From Puccinia triticina (Eukaryota), in NCBI GenBank assembly GCA_026914245.1, contig CP110440.1, positions 3,038,001 to 3,102,000 of the forward strand: a stretch of 64,000 nucleotides of DNA, given 5' to 3'. The translations under genes were made by a program, and so were the position numbers. The notes below the pieces were generated by a model that worked only from the letters and a program-made list of their open reading frames with translations, was not told the origin of the DNA and searched no databases. Shown here piece by piece: positions 49,626 to 62,455 of this stretch (position 1 is the stretch's first letter; every line of letters begins with the position of its first letter).

Positions 49626-52600
49626 TGTCAGCCTTAGAGTCATCACAGCTGACCTAAAGTCTGCCTTTTATCTACTTTTACATACAAATTACTCTATATC
49701 TTTCCCATCTTAAGAGATATCCTTGTTTTGACTTCATATTCTGTTTCCTCATGCAATTTTAACCCTAGTTACAACTTACAAATTCTTTGTAACTCTACTC
49801 CTTCCCTGAGTTCTTGAGTTGTAGCGCGCATGCGCAGTTGTGACGTGTCAGCGCTACCAGGCGCGCCAAACCACATGTACATATGTAATTACATAAGCAA
49901 ACTGTGAAAATTTTTGAAGTCAGGATCCCCCTTGCCTGAAGAGGATCTACAGACTTCAGACCACCCAGAACCACGCCGTAGATAACCCAGGATCACCCCA
50001 CAAGAGGATACCACGCTCCCAGTACACCTACCGTCACAGGCGCCTAGGTTATTGACAGTAGGTATGTTAGGTTTATCACAACTAAGAGTTTATTATTTCT
50101 TATGAGTAACAGGTCTATCCAACAGTCTTGGAGACAGAAAGAAAGAAGTGAGAAACAAAGTGTACCTAAGAGCAGATTTGCTTGGTACTGATATGTATAG
50201 AGTAGAGAGAAATCTTGAGGGACCGCGGTGCAGCTGATGAATTCCACGAGTTCTGTGAACTGACAAGACTATAAGCTGCATCAGCTAATGCGCTCCTTGA
50301 GACGCGCTAGAATGAAGGACTTCTTCTTACTCTGGCTCAAGGGTCTTGTGTATCAAGAATCACCGATACGAGCTGATAGAGACAAACCGCAGTTGTCTGC
50401 CGCAATGCGCAATGACAACTGTCAGTCTGGAGTCATTTCTGACTGAGGCTCAGCAGCAATGGACTCACCTCCTTGGTTGGGACTGGAGATCCTATTGCTG
50501 AGGCTTGGACCTATTGGGTCTGGTCTGGTGTTGGATATCGAAGTGCTGTAGAGACATTTAAGAACTCCAGTCAGCTTTGCTTATCCTTGCTGTGGCTATC
50601 CCAACAGACGCACATACCTTGTAGGTGGTTTGTCTTGTTTGGGTCGCTTGGGCGCTTCGTTGATTGCTGACGTGGCTGAAGGTTTGGGAGCGGAGGAATT
50701 AGCTTTTGCACATTCCATCCGCCTGAGGGCAGCATGCATTTTGCATGCGCCTGGAGGTAGCACCAGCTCACCTTGCTCCCTTATAGGGTTAGGTTTAGCG
50801 GCCTTGCGCTTCCTCTGATTTGGGGATAAACCCGAATCCTGACAAGGTATACTCTTCATTTGAACCTTGATTATCCAGAGTGATTCTCTGTGTCCCTTGA
50901 TTGCTTCTCTTTATTGCTTTCACTTCAAACCTCTCAAGATCAAAGGTTACTCTGTTAATCCTAGACTCAGTCCAAAAATCAGAGCAGATTAGTTTTACTA
51001 TTCTGTGTCCCCCCACCGTCTCCTTGGTGCGCGCGGAGGCTGTAGCCCTTGTTGGTCTGGCACAGCTGTCCTTATCACTTTTCCAGGTGATTCAAGTTGA
51101 CTTTTGAGGATCCTCCTATAAGGAGTAGATAGACCCCCTCCAGATCATATATTTCTCTTACTCTCTCTCTTTCTTTCTCTTTCTCTCTTACTCTCTGTTT
51201 GTAGTTCTTTATCCCAAGAAATACAACCAGTGTCCTCCATTTTCTTGTGTCCTGTAGCCACTATAGAGGCTCAGGCTCACAATTGGGGGCCTCATCGGGA
51301 AATATTCTCCTTTTTCCATACTTCTAGACTGCTTAAAAGCCAAGGACTGATCATCCAAGTTTATTAAAGACACAGAAAACTCAGACCATCAAAAAAAAAA
51401 TCAAGGGTTTCCCCTATAAATAAAACAAATTACCAAAACAAATACAAGGTTTTCCCATATATAAATACATCAAAAAAAATGCAAGAGTTTCCCCTATAAA
51501 CACAACAAATTTCAAAAAAAATTACAAGGGTTTCCCATGTACAAAAAGCTAATAAATTATATCAGACAAAATGCAAACAGCTAAATAAAATTCAACCTAG
51601 CCCTCCAGCATCAGCAAAAGTGCTGTGTCCACAGGCTCACCCCCCAGCCCGCGTCAAGCGCACGGGTCAAAAGGGATGGACATGAAGGCCCCCGGCCCGC
51701 AGCAAAGGCTGTGACCAGTGGGGGGCCCACTCTTTGCCCCTCAAACTGCGCATGTGCAACAGCGGAGGGGTTGGGGGAGGTTGGGGGTCAATGGCAGCTG
51801 GAATTACAGCATGCCAGATTGCACCAGCTGAAAGACAAAGGAAACCTTACCGTCCTTATATGTACTCCGCGCCGCAACCCTTTGCACAGCGAAACCAATC
51901 CAACCTTCAAAGCAGGCTCTCTGGCGCTTCCTCCAACCCCTGCCCACCAGCCACGCTTGTCCCTACTGCCCTGCCATGACTGTTCTCTAATCACCCGCCA
52001 CCGCTCACCATATAACAACTGTCTCCATTTTCTGGTCAGTATTGCGCGCCACTGCAACTGTAACCACAACCAGCTTCCCTCCACCTGCCACTGGTTTGCC
52101 CCTCCAGTGCACGGCTTGTAACTGAAGTTTTCCCGTGATACACTAACATAATCTTGGCTTTTTTTTGTTTCCACTTCTACATACAACAGCCTGTCCCTGC
52201 GCGGTGCTGCCAACCAACAAACAAACTGTACGACCAATTTAGATGCAACCCACGCTTTGCTACAGGCATGCACCTCCCAACCAAATCAATCCGTCTGTAT
52301 AACATTCTTGTAGGCCGCACTTCACCCCCTTCCCCACCGCAATTCACACTCCTTGTTTGTTTTTCTAGCTGGTCCTGGCCTGGTGGAATGCGCATCCGAG
52401 CCCTCCTCAACACCCTCCATGCCAGTAGCCACCTTCACCCAGCCCTGTACCCCCATTTTCTGGCGACCACACCCTCAGAAACTCCGTCGCTCTTTACTCC
52501 AGGCTCAAGCAGCTTGACCAGTCCGCCAATCAGATTATCCGCTACATCCAAGACCAGCCGGCAGACGTTATCCACTCGAGGTAGATGATCTGGATTCTCT

Positions 52601-54648
52601 CCTCTCACAACACCCGCTCTCAGCTGCCCCCAGAGCTCAACAACTCCGTCTTCGTTTCCCAGCCCGTCAAGGAGGCTGAGGGCAAGGACGAGCTTAGCAT
52701 TTGAGCAGAAGAGGAGCCTCTCTGCTTGCTTAACATGTTCCCGACCTCTGCGGGCTCGTTAGCGTACACGCCACCCCCTCCCTGGACATCTGGGTGCTAG
52801 GCTGCGTGCTGTAATGGCTGCTGCAGGGTCATTTGCTGTTCGAGGAAGACTTTGAGCCGCGGCTTTGGCTCAAGATCATGACGGTTCAGTTTGAGTTCCC
52901 AGGTGCGTTGGTGGTCACGGCGGCAGACAAGAGTGGGAGGGAGGCGGAGGAGAAGATGGAGGTGGCTAAACTTGTTCAGGGATTTCTGGCGGTGGACCGG
53001 GACAGTCGCTGGGTAGTCTTGGATATTGGATGCTTTCCCTGGCTCAAACGAGCCTCGTCCGACCGGTTCTATGATTTTCCTCAGTACATATATTGAGCAA
53101 ACCAAAAGTATGGTAGCGATTTGCAAGACAACAACAAAAGGTAAACAAAAATTTGGAAACTGATTACTGTTGGTGTCCAAAGGAAGGAGTGCCAAACTCC
53201 GTGTCCCCATCTCCTCTTTGCTATTTCAGTTTTTCACAATATGTATCAATTCAATTCAATCCTCAAATTATGTAGCCGAGAGGCAATCAATCAAATTGTT
53301 GGGAGAAATGCTTTCATACTGGTCAAGTTACAACATGATGAATCAATAGATCTCAAGATTATGAAGAATCAGTTGAAAGATAAGTCTAAAAATATCCAAT
53401 TTGAACCCTTTCATGTTTTCAAGGTTGAAAATTGTTTCCATGCCTCCTTGCTATCTCATATTTGTCTTGTTTTATTTGCTTTTCCAGTCTTCAACTTTAT
53501 CCTGGTCTTTGTTGCTAATCCAAGGAAGCCTGCTCCAATTGATTCAATACTCAGGTGAAATAAAGAAAAATTAATCAATTTCTGAGGAAGTTTTGTTAAA
53601 TTACACATATGCTTATATGTATACTTCAATATGCTTCTATACTATAGTCAATCTTTGGTCATATACTTAGTCTATCAGATCCTTGATCCTCATGCTCTTC
53701 TTGACTGAATCCATAACCATATTATATCTTTGTGCCTGTCCCACCTGTCACAAGACAGTTTGGTATTCTCAGTCCTGCAGCTCCTGTGCCCCTCAACAAT
53801 CTTTGTATTGATAAGGATGGTTTGTATATCTCTTGTCATGATTCTTTGTATCAAGTTAAGTTGATGATTTTATTTGCTAATTCATCATCTGTTCTAAAAG
53901 ATTTTTACAGATGAACAGTTTAACAATGAGAGAATTTTCTTGATCCTTCAGATTGAGAACCTCAGATAATTGGTTCAGTTTTGTCTCCTAACTTGTACTG
54001 ACAAACAAACACCCTCCCTGCTTCTTTTGCCTCCAAAATTCTACGTCTTTTCTTATGGCGTGTTATAATATGATGTTTTTATGCCCTGTTATTTTCCTAC
54101 ATATGCCTCTTGAACTACATAACGTCACTATTAGTATGTTTTATTCTACACTTTGCACTCTGTGATGATTTGGGACGGGTACTTCTGTGGAAAACAAGTC
54201 TCAAAAGGGGGTGGAGGGGGGTTGGGCGGGGCCGTGCACGTAGGCCCTGCAGCGGCATAGCCGCTTTGGCCTCTAGTCCTGATTAAAAACTAAAACTAAA
54301 AATTCAAAAATTCAAAAAATTTACAAAAAATTTACTTCTACATATTCTAATAACACGCTAATTGCTTTCAAACAACTTTAAACTGGTTCTAAATTGATAA
54401 AATATCTAACTGAACCCTTGAAAATTTTTTTTACGTCTATTGTGCTTGTGAAAGTGCAGAACCGTGACTCCTCCGCAGATCTTTTTATCCCTTCGTCAGA
54501 CTTATCTTCACTGGGATCCCCTATACCGTCGAATCAAGAAGAGATATCAAAAATCGGAGTATGCTCAAAAGATTCCTCTCCTTCCAAAGCATAATTGCCG
54601 ATAATTTCTCACATGAACATTTGTGTTGTACTTCTTCCTTTAATGGCA
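49626..54648 (+). mobile_element. Long-variant tRNA-Pro family LTR (49626-51281) + PBS + short leader, nested in the Helitron
   Basis: Same LTR termini as 34493-35426. PBS at 51284. The leader is homologous to 35427-35710. ACTGA flanks both ends. Confidence 0.8.
51354..54276 (+). mobile_element. Non-autonomous Helitron, same family as 3563-6139
   Basis: TCCAAGTTTATTAAAGAC start; AGCGGC-ata-GCCGCT...CTCTAG end. The empty site GACTGATCA|TCCTGATTAAA is visible at 35491. Confidence 0.95.
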
Positions 54649-55134
54649 ACTGATCTATAGCCTCATCCTTTTGTCCTTTCCATCAACACTGTGGCTCCGC
54701 TGGTGTCTCGAAATCTTGACCTTTTGCATGCCCAGACTTTTGGAAAAAAACTTTCAACAATTGATTCTGAATGCCCCTTTCCGGGAATGTTTTGCTCCTC
54801 TCTGACCAAATGCCTGAGACAACAAGAATATTGCCGTCGATCATGAGCCAAACCTCTTCATCTGAGCTGCCTCTTCCGGCAAAATATTTTTACCCTTGAT
54901 TCGGAGCAAAGGTCAGCTAAAGCTCCATCAAAATCTGATACCTGTACATCATCGTCAATCTCCAAAATGCTCTTCACCACACTCAAACTCCGTTCTTTCA
55001 CATACGTCGCAGATTGTCCGCGCTTTGGAACAAACAATTTGTTCAAGATTTCATTGTCTCTTGGGTGGTTCATGCACTTAGGCAAACCTGAACCGCACTA
55101 AAACCTACTCCTCAACATCTTCACTCCGACTCCA

Positions 55135-55620
55135 ATGGAGAGTGGCCCTGCACCCGCCTCTTGGCTTGTGTTTGAGGGCTCAATGTCCGCGCCGGAATCG
55201 TCCAAAATTATCACGGTCACAGCGCATGCCTCACAGTTTTATCACACTATACCTGCCGCATGTCAATCCCTGTCAGCTGTTCAGTTGGAAGGAGTATTAT
55301 CCATTGTCAAGAATCAAGGGGAACTCCTTGGCAAGGATCCTGACACACCCAATGTTAGCCTGCACCTCTCTCCTGTGGCGGGTGTTTGTGCTGACCAGTT
55401 ACACCTGCAGTCCTGTTTATTCAAGATTACATTGGAGGTGCCATCTATACAAAAGGCATTAGAAGGTGTGGCAACAGGCAAAGCAATGTGGGTTGCGGCT
55501 GATGTGATAGCTTGCATCAAGAATGTCATAACTGTCAAGGTGTGCTGTCCCAACAGCTATGCCCCATATAATATGCTGACATTTCTTATAGGTCAAACAG
55601 TTCTTCATCGCCAGTTGAGT
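55135..55620 (+). CDS. Helitron accessory gene 1, unknown product (start uncertain, likely spliced)
   Basis: 188-aa ORF in the RepHel orientation with a plausible GT..AG intron near 55540-55591. Confidence 0.35.
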
Positions 55621-56529
55621 TCAGCTGGCGCCCAGGAGTATTGTGAACCTGGGGGTAGACCGGTGGAATCGCTACATCAACATCCGTTCACAGTGTACTA
55701 GGGGAGACGGGGCGGCGAGCGCCCTGGTCCCCTAGGAACTGGGATCTGGAACATGTTGTACACCTCAATTTGGAACTGTACATCGTGGCATAATGTCACG
55801 TTTGATTTCTTTTGTACATACATATATAAAAATATGTTTGAGATGTCGACTGATGACTTCTCATCCGTACGCCATGTATATAGTCAATGTATTCTGTATT
55901 AATGTACATAAGAACAACAACTCGGCCGTAGATCCAAATGGTATAAAGTCCCCTGTTTGTTGCAGCGAAATCTGTCCCCCGTGCTTGGCTTCGCCCCTTG
56001 ACTTGCATACCTCCCTGGAGGGGGAATCTTGTCACTGGGCGTGTATTTCTTATGTAGTATTCTATGTTATATCGTGCCGAAATTGCTGCCCTGAAAATAC
56101 ATAAACTCTCCCCTGGACGTGGCTCATGAGATTTACTACCCAGTGTGATGCATCTAATGAACGTAGTTGCTATAGCGCTGGTCCAGCGCTGGTCGCACTA
56201 CCTCCAAACCTGCAGTGTTAAGCAATAGCCTGTTTTGGTAAATATTCCGTTGTATTTATCTTGAGTGACGGAGTACAGGGCGGCACATTGAACTGGTGCT
56301 CTTCCTCCTGCAGTGATCTGAAATATTGGCTCAAGGGGCAGTTCTATCATTTTCTGGTGTCGAGGTCATTCCTCATGTGCGGAATGGCTTGCCTCCAGTG
56401 GATTGTAGGAATCCAGGATATATAAATCAGTACAGGGTGCTTGGAATCAGCTCAAGCCCTATATCTCGCTATTCCGGCATCTCAATAGTTGCAAGATACC
56501 TGAATTTGTGTTGTCTCCACCGGCCTATT

Positions 56530-57652
56530 ATGTCTAACACCACCACTGCCTCTGGCAATAGGCCTTTGACTTGCCAAGCGCTTTTTGAGATCGAAGAGGA
56601 GGTGAGCATTGATTGTCCAGTTCATCGACCTTTACTAATCATCTAAATTATAGACTCAGGTTCTGGTACCCAACAAACAACAGTACGGCTTGATCTCGAC
56701 TCCAGCTCTGTTTAGCTGTAAAAAGGACAACCCTATGTGTTACGAGGTTGCTCTCAGGACCAATACCTCCAGAGACCATATGTTGATCAAATGCTGGATT
56801 TATAAAGTTACCGCCAAAGCTCTCTTCCTGAATGAGAAGTCCAAAGTCCCTGTCCTCAATTATTTTCCCGAGAGGGCTGTTAAGGTGACCCTCACAGAAA
56901 ATTTTGCTGGTGATACTGTTGACGATGCCACTCTTTTTGGAGTGGGCTTGGTTGTTTTGTTTTGGAAAGAGAGCAAGGACGACAATCCCAGGCACGGGCC
57001 TTGCTTGACGGCGGTAGTATTGCACAGTGACTGGGATCCAAATGTAACTCTATCAATATCTTCTGGATCTCAACTTTTGCTGACTAGATGTGCTCAGGAT
57101 TGTGTAGTCAAGACGTTCAATGTTGCCTCAATTCCACGTCTTATTAAAACGCACACCATGTTCCGAGAAGGCAAAGAGTTTTTCTTTGACTCTATATTAG
57201 TTGAATGGGAAATGATTGAGAAAATGGCTGTACTCGAGGTGAGATCCATTCCCTTTCCTTGACTGTGGAATATACTAAGGCTGTTGTGTTATCAGGTGGT
57301 GCACCTCTCTCCAGTCGGACCGGCGGGATCTGGATCTTGAGGCCCCACGGGCTCTGCCACTAGCAGTCCCAATAGAAAGCGCCAAGTGTGAGTTGTGTAA
57401 TTTGGATATGATGCCAGATTGTCGCTTCTGATCAATCTTTTGTATGTGTGCAGCATTCGCTTCAATTCCACCAGCAATACAGTTGAGCCGGTGGCCTTGA
57501 CTTCATCGGTTACGTCTACTGGTAATCAAGCCAAAGGCTCACTCAAAATCCCCTTCAGACCCTCAAGTGCTGTTGAAGCAGGTGATACATCGGAGACTGA
57601 GGTCCCGCTGAACAGTATTGCCGCCGGGAAGAAGAGGGTCAGAAAATTTTAA
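56530..57652 (+). pseudogene. Helitron accessory gene 2, five exons, one premature TGA; possibly OB-fold
   Basis: ATG at 56530. Introns 56602-56653, 57044-57097 and 57239-57295 have GT..CTRA(C/T/G)..AG signals and keep the frame; a fourth intron lies near 57388-57453. Confidence 0.6.
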
Positions 57653-57934
57653 AAAGATTGCCAAAACCAATTGACTTTTCAATTGCACCGAGTCCTTTTA
57701 CTTGACCTCATACTGCTGGGTTGCTTTTCTTTAGCTACAATTTTTTACTTGGAGCGTTTGATATATGTCTTTTGTTGACATTAATATCTTAATCCGGCCA
57801 TTTTGTTTGGGCTTAACTTGTTGTCCCTTGGTTGCACTCAAAGATACACATCTTCATTATAATCGCACACCAAACCTCCTTTCCGTTATACATTCAATAT
57901 TCTTCATTTCTTTCTTCATTCAAACCAACCATTC

Positions 57935-60900
57935 ATGTCGTACATTGGTCCTGCGTGTTCAAGCCAAGCGGAGAATAACAAAGCCTCATTGTTCGCTTGC
58001 GGCATACTCAACGGGCCCCATCTACTTGGCGCATGCGATATGTCATGTGTGTATTGCGGTGCTTTGCATTGGGCTGAAGAGAGAGAAATCGTCAACGTTA
58101 ACGGCGGTAATAAAGCATTTTCGACATGTTTCCAGAAGGGCAAAGTCAAATTACCTCACGATTTGGGACCTGCCCCCAAGTTCCCGGCCATGTTAGAATC
58201 CCTCTTGACTGGTACTTCAATAGGTAGAAATCTGTCTTTCAATACTGAGCCCGTTGCAAGTGGACTAATGATTCAAATTCTTTCCTAGATGCCAAAAATT
58301 TTCAGAAATACATCAGAACATAGAATAATGCGATATCGTTTACTTCTCTAGGTTTCACTCTCAGTGACCAAGCAATGAGAATCCCAGGGGCCCCTGTTTT
58401 TACGATCCAAGGCGGTTTATCTCACGAGATTGGTCCAATTCAACCCAAAGTACCTTCACATGCACATTTTTCTCAGATCTTCGTTGTTGGGGATGGAGGT
58501 TTAGAGGAGGCAAATCACCGCAAAACTTGCACGCTGGGTTCAAAAGCAAGCACCTCTACACGTGACGGCATAGATGTGAATACCATCATGAAGCTGCAGA
58601 ACTTGATGTACTGTCACAATCCTTATGCTAAGTTATATCAAATGGCTGGGGAGGTCCTTAAAAGAGGCAGACATATTTCAATGGTCCTTAAAACTGTTGA
58701 AAACGCGCAAAAGGACCCTAGACAATACAACGCTCCAACGGTCCAGGAAGTAGGGATAATCATTGAGGGCAAAGGAGTGCCCAAAGCACCCCGTCAAAGA
58801 GGAGGATACCTGCAACGTATATCCGATTTGCACTCGAGCTACTTCCCGCTCCAGTATCCAATATTTTTTCCTTATGGTGGCCAACAATGGGAACCAACCT
58901 ACTCGATCCTAGCAAAAGATGGTATGTACAACATCTGTACGGCAATATCCGGTATGATGTCAAAATTGATGGAAATATTGATTTAGGTAAAAAGCGGAAT
59001 GTCAGCCAATTGGAGTTGATGGATTATTTGCTGTTCTCAAGAGAAGGTCAATTCTCGCCAATTCTTGCAGGCAAAACCCTATTTCAAGAATTGATAGTTG
59101 ATATGTACGCATGTGTGGAGAGCTCAAGGTTGAATTGGTTCAAGCATAATCAGGACGCGCTAAAGGTTCAGATGTACGCCGGTTTAGTTGAAGCTCTAGG
59201 CCAGAATTCCGAGCCAACGGGCCAAAAGATTGTTTTGCCGTCTTCTTTTATTGGTGGCCCAAGAGCGATGAATCAATTATATCAAGACGCAATGGCGTTA
59301 GTTGCCAAACTTGGACCTCCTGACTACTTTATTACAATTACAGCAAATCCCGCTTGGCCGGAAATTGCAAAGATGCTAAAGCAAGGAGAAGAACCAGCCA
59401 ACCATGCTACCATCATAGCCCAAATCTTTAAGATGAAACTGAAGCATCTGATGAAGTTACTATGGAAAGAGAAGAGGCTTGGACAAATCATCTCTTATCT
59501 GTCAACGATTGAGTTTCAAAAGCGCGGTATGCCCCACATGCATCTCATGATTACGGTCAACAAGCATCATAAGCCTAACACGCCAGCCAAGATCAATAGC
59601 GTGGTAACCGCAGAAATTCCAGATCCTGTGAAAGAGCCAAATCTCTATTGAATTGTAGGCAGGTGTATGTTACACGGACCCTGTGAGGGTAGAACATGTA
59701 TTCAAAAGGGCAGCTGCCGTTTTCGATTTCCAAAACAATTTGCCAAAGAGACGACGTTGATTTAAGGCGCCTATCCTATATACAGAAGGCGTGATAATGG
59801 CTGAACCATAAGGAAGGGCTCAAATGTGTTTGATAATAGTGCTGTCGTGCCGCACAACAAATTCCTGTCTTTGCAACTAGACTGTCATGTGAATGTGGAA
59901 GTAGCAGTCCGCATACAGGCAGTCAAATATCTATATAAATACATATGTAAAGGACACGATTAATCCTACATGGCACTTCAAGATAATGATGAAACAGCGG
60001 CATATCTCGACGCTCGATATATTGGTCCTGTGGAAGGTGTGCTGTGATTCATTCCCAAGTTTCCGCATTAGCAAAGCTGATGGAGTTTGTTTCATGGGCA
60101 GCTGCTTGGCGTTTACTGCAGTTTGAGATGTCTGATCGTCACCCTGCGGTTCAAAGACTGGCGCTTCATGAGGAAGATGCCCAAGGCATACTATTTCGAA
60201 CGGCCCAGGAAGCTCGAGATAGGATAGACTCAGGGCAAGCTTCACAGACAATGATGACCCAGTTTTTCAAGCTGAACCAAGATGGAGTTCAGGGTCTCAT
60301 GAAGAATGCAAGGGAATGTTTTTACCACGAGATCCCAAACCATTTCTGGTGGGATCCTACGATAAATGACTGGAAGCCAAGGAAGAAGGCAATGGCCACA
60401 ATTGGCCGGATCTACTTTGCAACCATCCACCAAGGCAAGAGGTATTACATTTGACTGTTGTTAGCACACAAGAAGAATATACATTCATTTGAACATTTGC
60501 GGACAGTCAATGGATGTGTATGCCAAACGTTCCGTGAGGCTGCGGATATGATGGGCCTTTTAGTCAATGACAAGCAATATGATAGTGCTATGGTCGAAGC
60601 AGCGGCGTTCAAAACGGGTTACCAACTACGGTTGATGTTCTGCATCATTTTGGTTCATAGTCCACCCGCAGGACCACTGTTGCTATTCAACAGACACTGT
60701 CATAATTTAAGCAATGATCTCAAGTACAATCTCATTTGGGATTACCAGGTGGACAATGCATCTGAAGAGCAGATCAAAGCATTTACTTTATATCACTTTG
60801 AGCAGATGCTTACTTCAATTGGGGTCCGGCCTTGTGTCTGTAGGTTTGAGAATGGATTCGATGCAACATCAATTTTTGTCTCAACTACAGTTCAGGGGTG

Positions 60901-62381
60901 TTGACATCATTGGAACTGTTGATATTGCCGATTGTTGGCTCCTCAATGTCAAACTGTTGAACCCGGTGCAGACTTTCTTTTATAATTGCGTGACAAACTC
61001 CATAGAAGCAAGGAATGATCAGAGGATGTTCTACCTCGATGGTCCTGGCGGCACTGGCAAGACCTTTGTTCTGAATACTCTAATTGATTACTTCACAGTA
61101 CACGACTTATCACCAGTCGTGGTAGCGGCGACTGGAGTCGCTGCATTGCTATTGAATGGTGGTCAAACCGCACATTCCACTTTTAAAATTCCACTCAAAT
61201 TCTTGGACGTCAGTTTATGTACCTTTAGTTCAAAAGATATGGTCGGCAAGCAGTTGTTGAACTCAAGAGTAATAGTGTGGGACAAGGCTGTAGCAATGCA
61301 TCGGCAGGCAATCAAAACAGTGGACAGATCAATTTGAGATTTGACGGGGATCCAGCTGCCGTTTGGAGGAAAGGCCGTAGTCTTTGCTGGAGATTTCAGG
61401 CAAACTCTACCTGTCGTCAAAGATGGTGTTTTCCCAAAGTCAGAATTGGCAACACTCAAGAGTTCACATTTATGGAAAGATATTGCAACATTCTCACTGA
61501 AGGACAACATTAGGTTAGGCATTGGTACTGGGCACGACAACGAATCAAATAAACAATTTGCGGCTTGACTTCTGGAAATAGGAGAAGGGTTATTGCAGAG
61601 CTCTGATATGGCTCAAGTTTATTTGTCCGGCGTCAAACTGGGGACATTTAGAGCTCTGTTGGCCTGCAATAGGAAAGGAATGGAATGGTGCTTTGCAGAG
61701 ATCATGTCAAAACGTAGGAGTGGTATCGTGACATACGCGGATTATATGGCCGAACGATGTATCCTGACGCCTTTGAATTCAGATTCAAAATGTATCAACA
61801 ATCAAATGCTCAAGACTATCCCTGGAGAAGAGTTGGATTCCATATCCATAGACAGGCCAAATGATGAAGCAATGGATACCACTTTACAACCTGAGGCATT
61901 AGCCAAAATCAACTTTCCGGGCTTTCCAGAAAGCAACTTAAAACTCAAACCAGGTATTCCTGTGGTCCTGTTGAGGAATTTGAGTATTGCTGACGGCCTG
62001 TGCAACGGCACCAGATTGATACTCCTGAGGGTAAATAGGAATACTATTGCCGGACGTATTTTGACGGGACCTCACAAGGGGAAAGAAGTGTCCATTCCAA
62101 AGATAACACTTTTGCACAAGGGTGACTCTTACGTTAAGGTATCTTTTTATAGGTATCAATTTCCTGTTTCTTTGGCCTTTGCAATGACAATAAACAAGTG
62201 TCAAGGTCAGAGCATGAGAAGAGTTGCTTTAGTTCTCAGGAACCAGGTGTTTGCACATGGAAAATTGTATGTAGGCCTCTCGCGTGTACGTGATGTATCC
62301 AATTTATTGGTAGTACAGCTAGCGGAGCAAAATCAAGCGGAAGTCATGAATATGGTTAAGAAAGTTGTATTTAGAAATTAG
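57935..62381 (+). pseudogene. Helitron RepHel (HUH endonuclease + PIF1 helicase), with introns and several stops
   Basis: CVYCGALHW zinc finger. Rep motifs FITITAN, EFQKRGMPHMH and YLYKYICKG. Helicase motifs GPGGTGKT, GDFRQTLPV, LCNGTRL, AMTINKCQGQS and LYVGLSRV. Confidence 0.97.
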
Positions 62382-62455
62382 TCGTACTGAAAGATGTTTA
62401 TACAATTGTTAAACAATAGCTGTGACAGGGCGGCGTAGCCGCCCCTGGATTCTAG

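Larger units (their letters stand above)
49330..62455 (+). mobile_element. Autonomous-type Helitron (13.1 kb including nested inserts)
   Basis: 3' hairpin GGGCGGC-gta-GCCGCCC (62428-44) plus CTAG (62452-55). Removal at an A|T site restores the in-frame gct gta gaa|tgt gag ata. Encodes RepHel. Confidence 0.9.
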
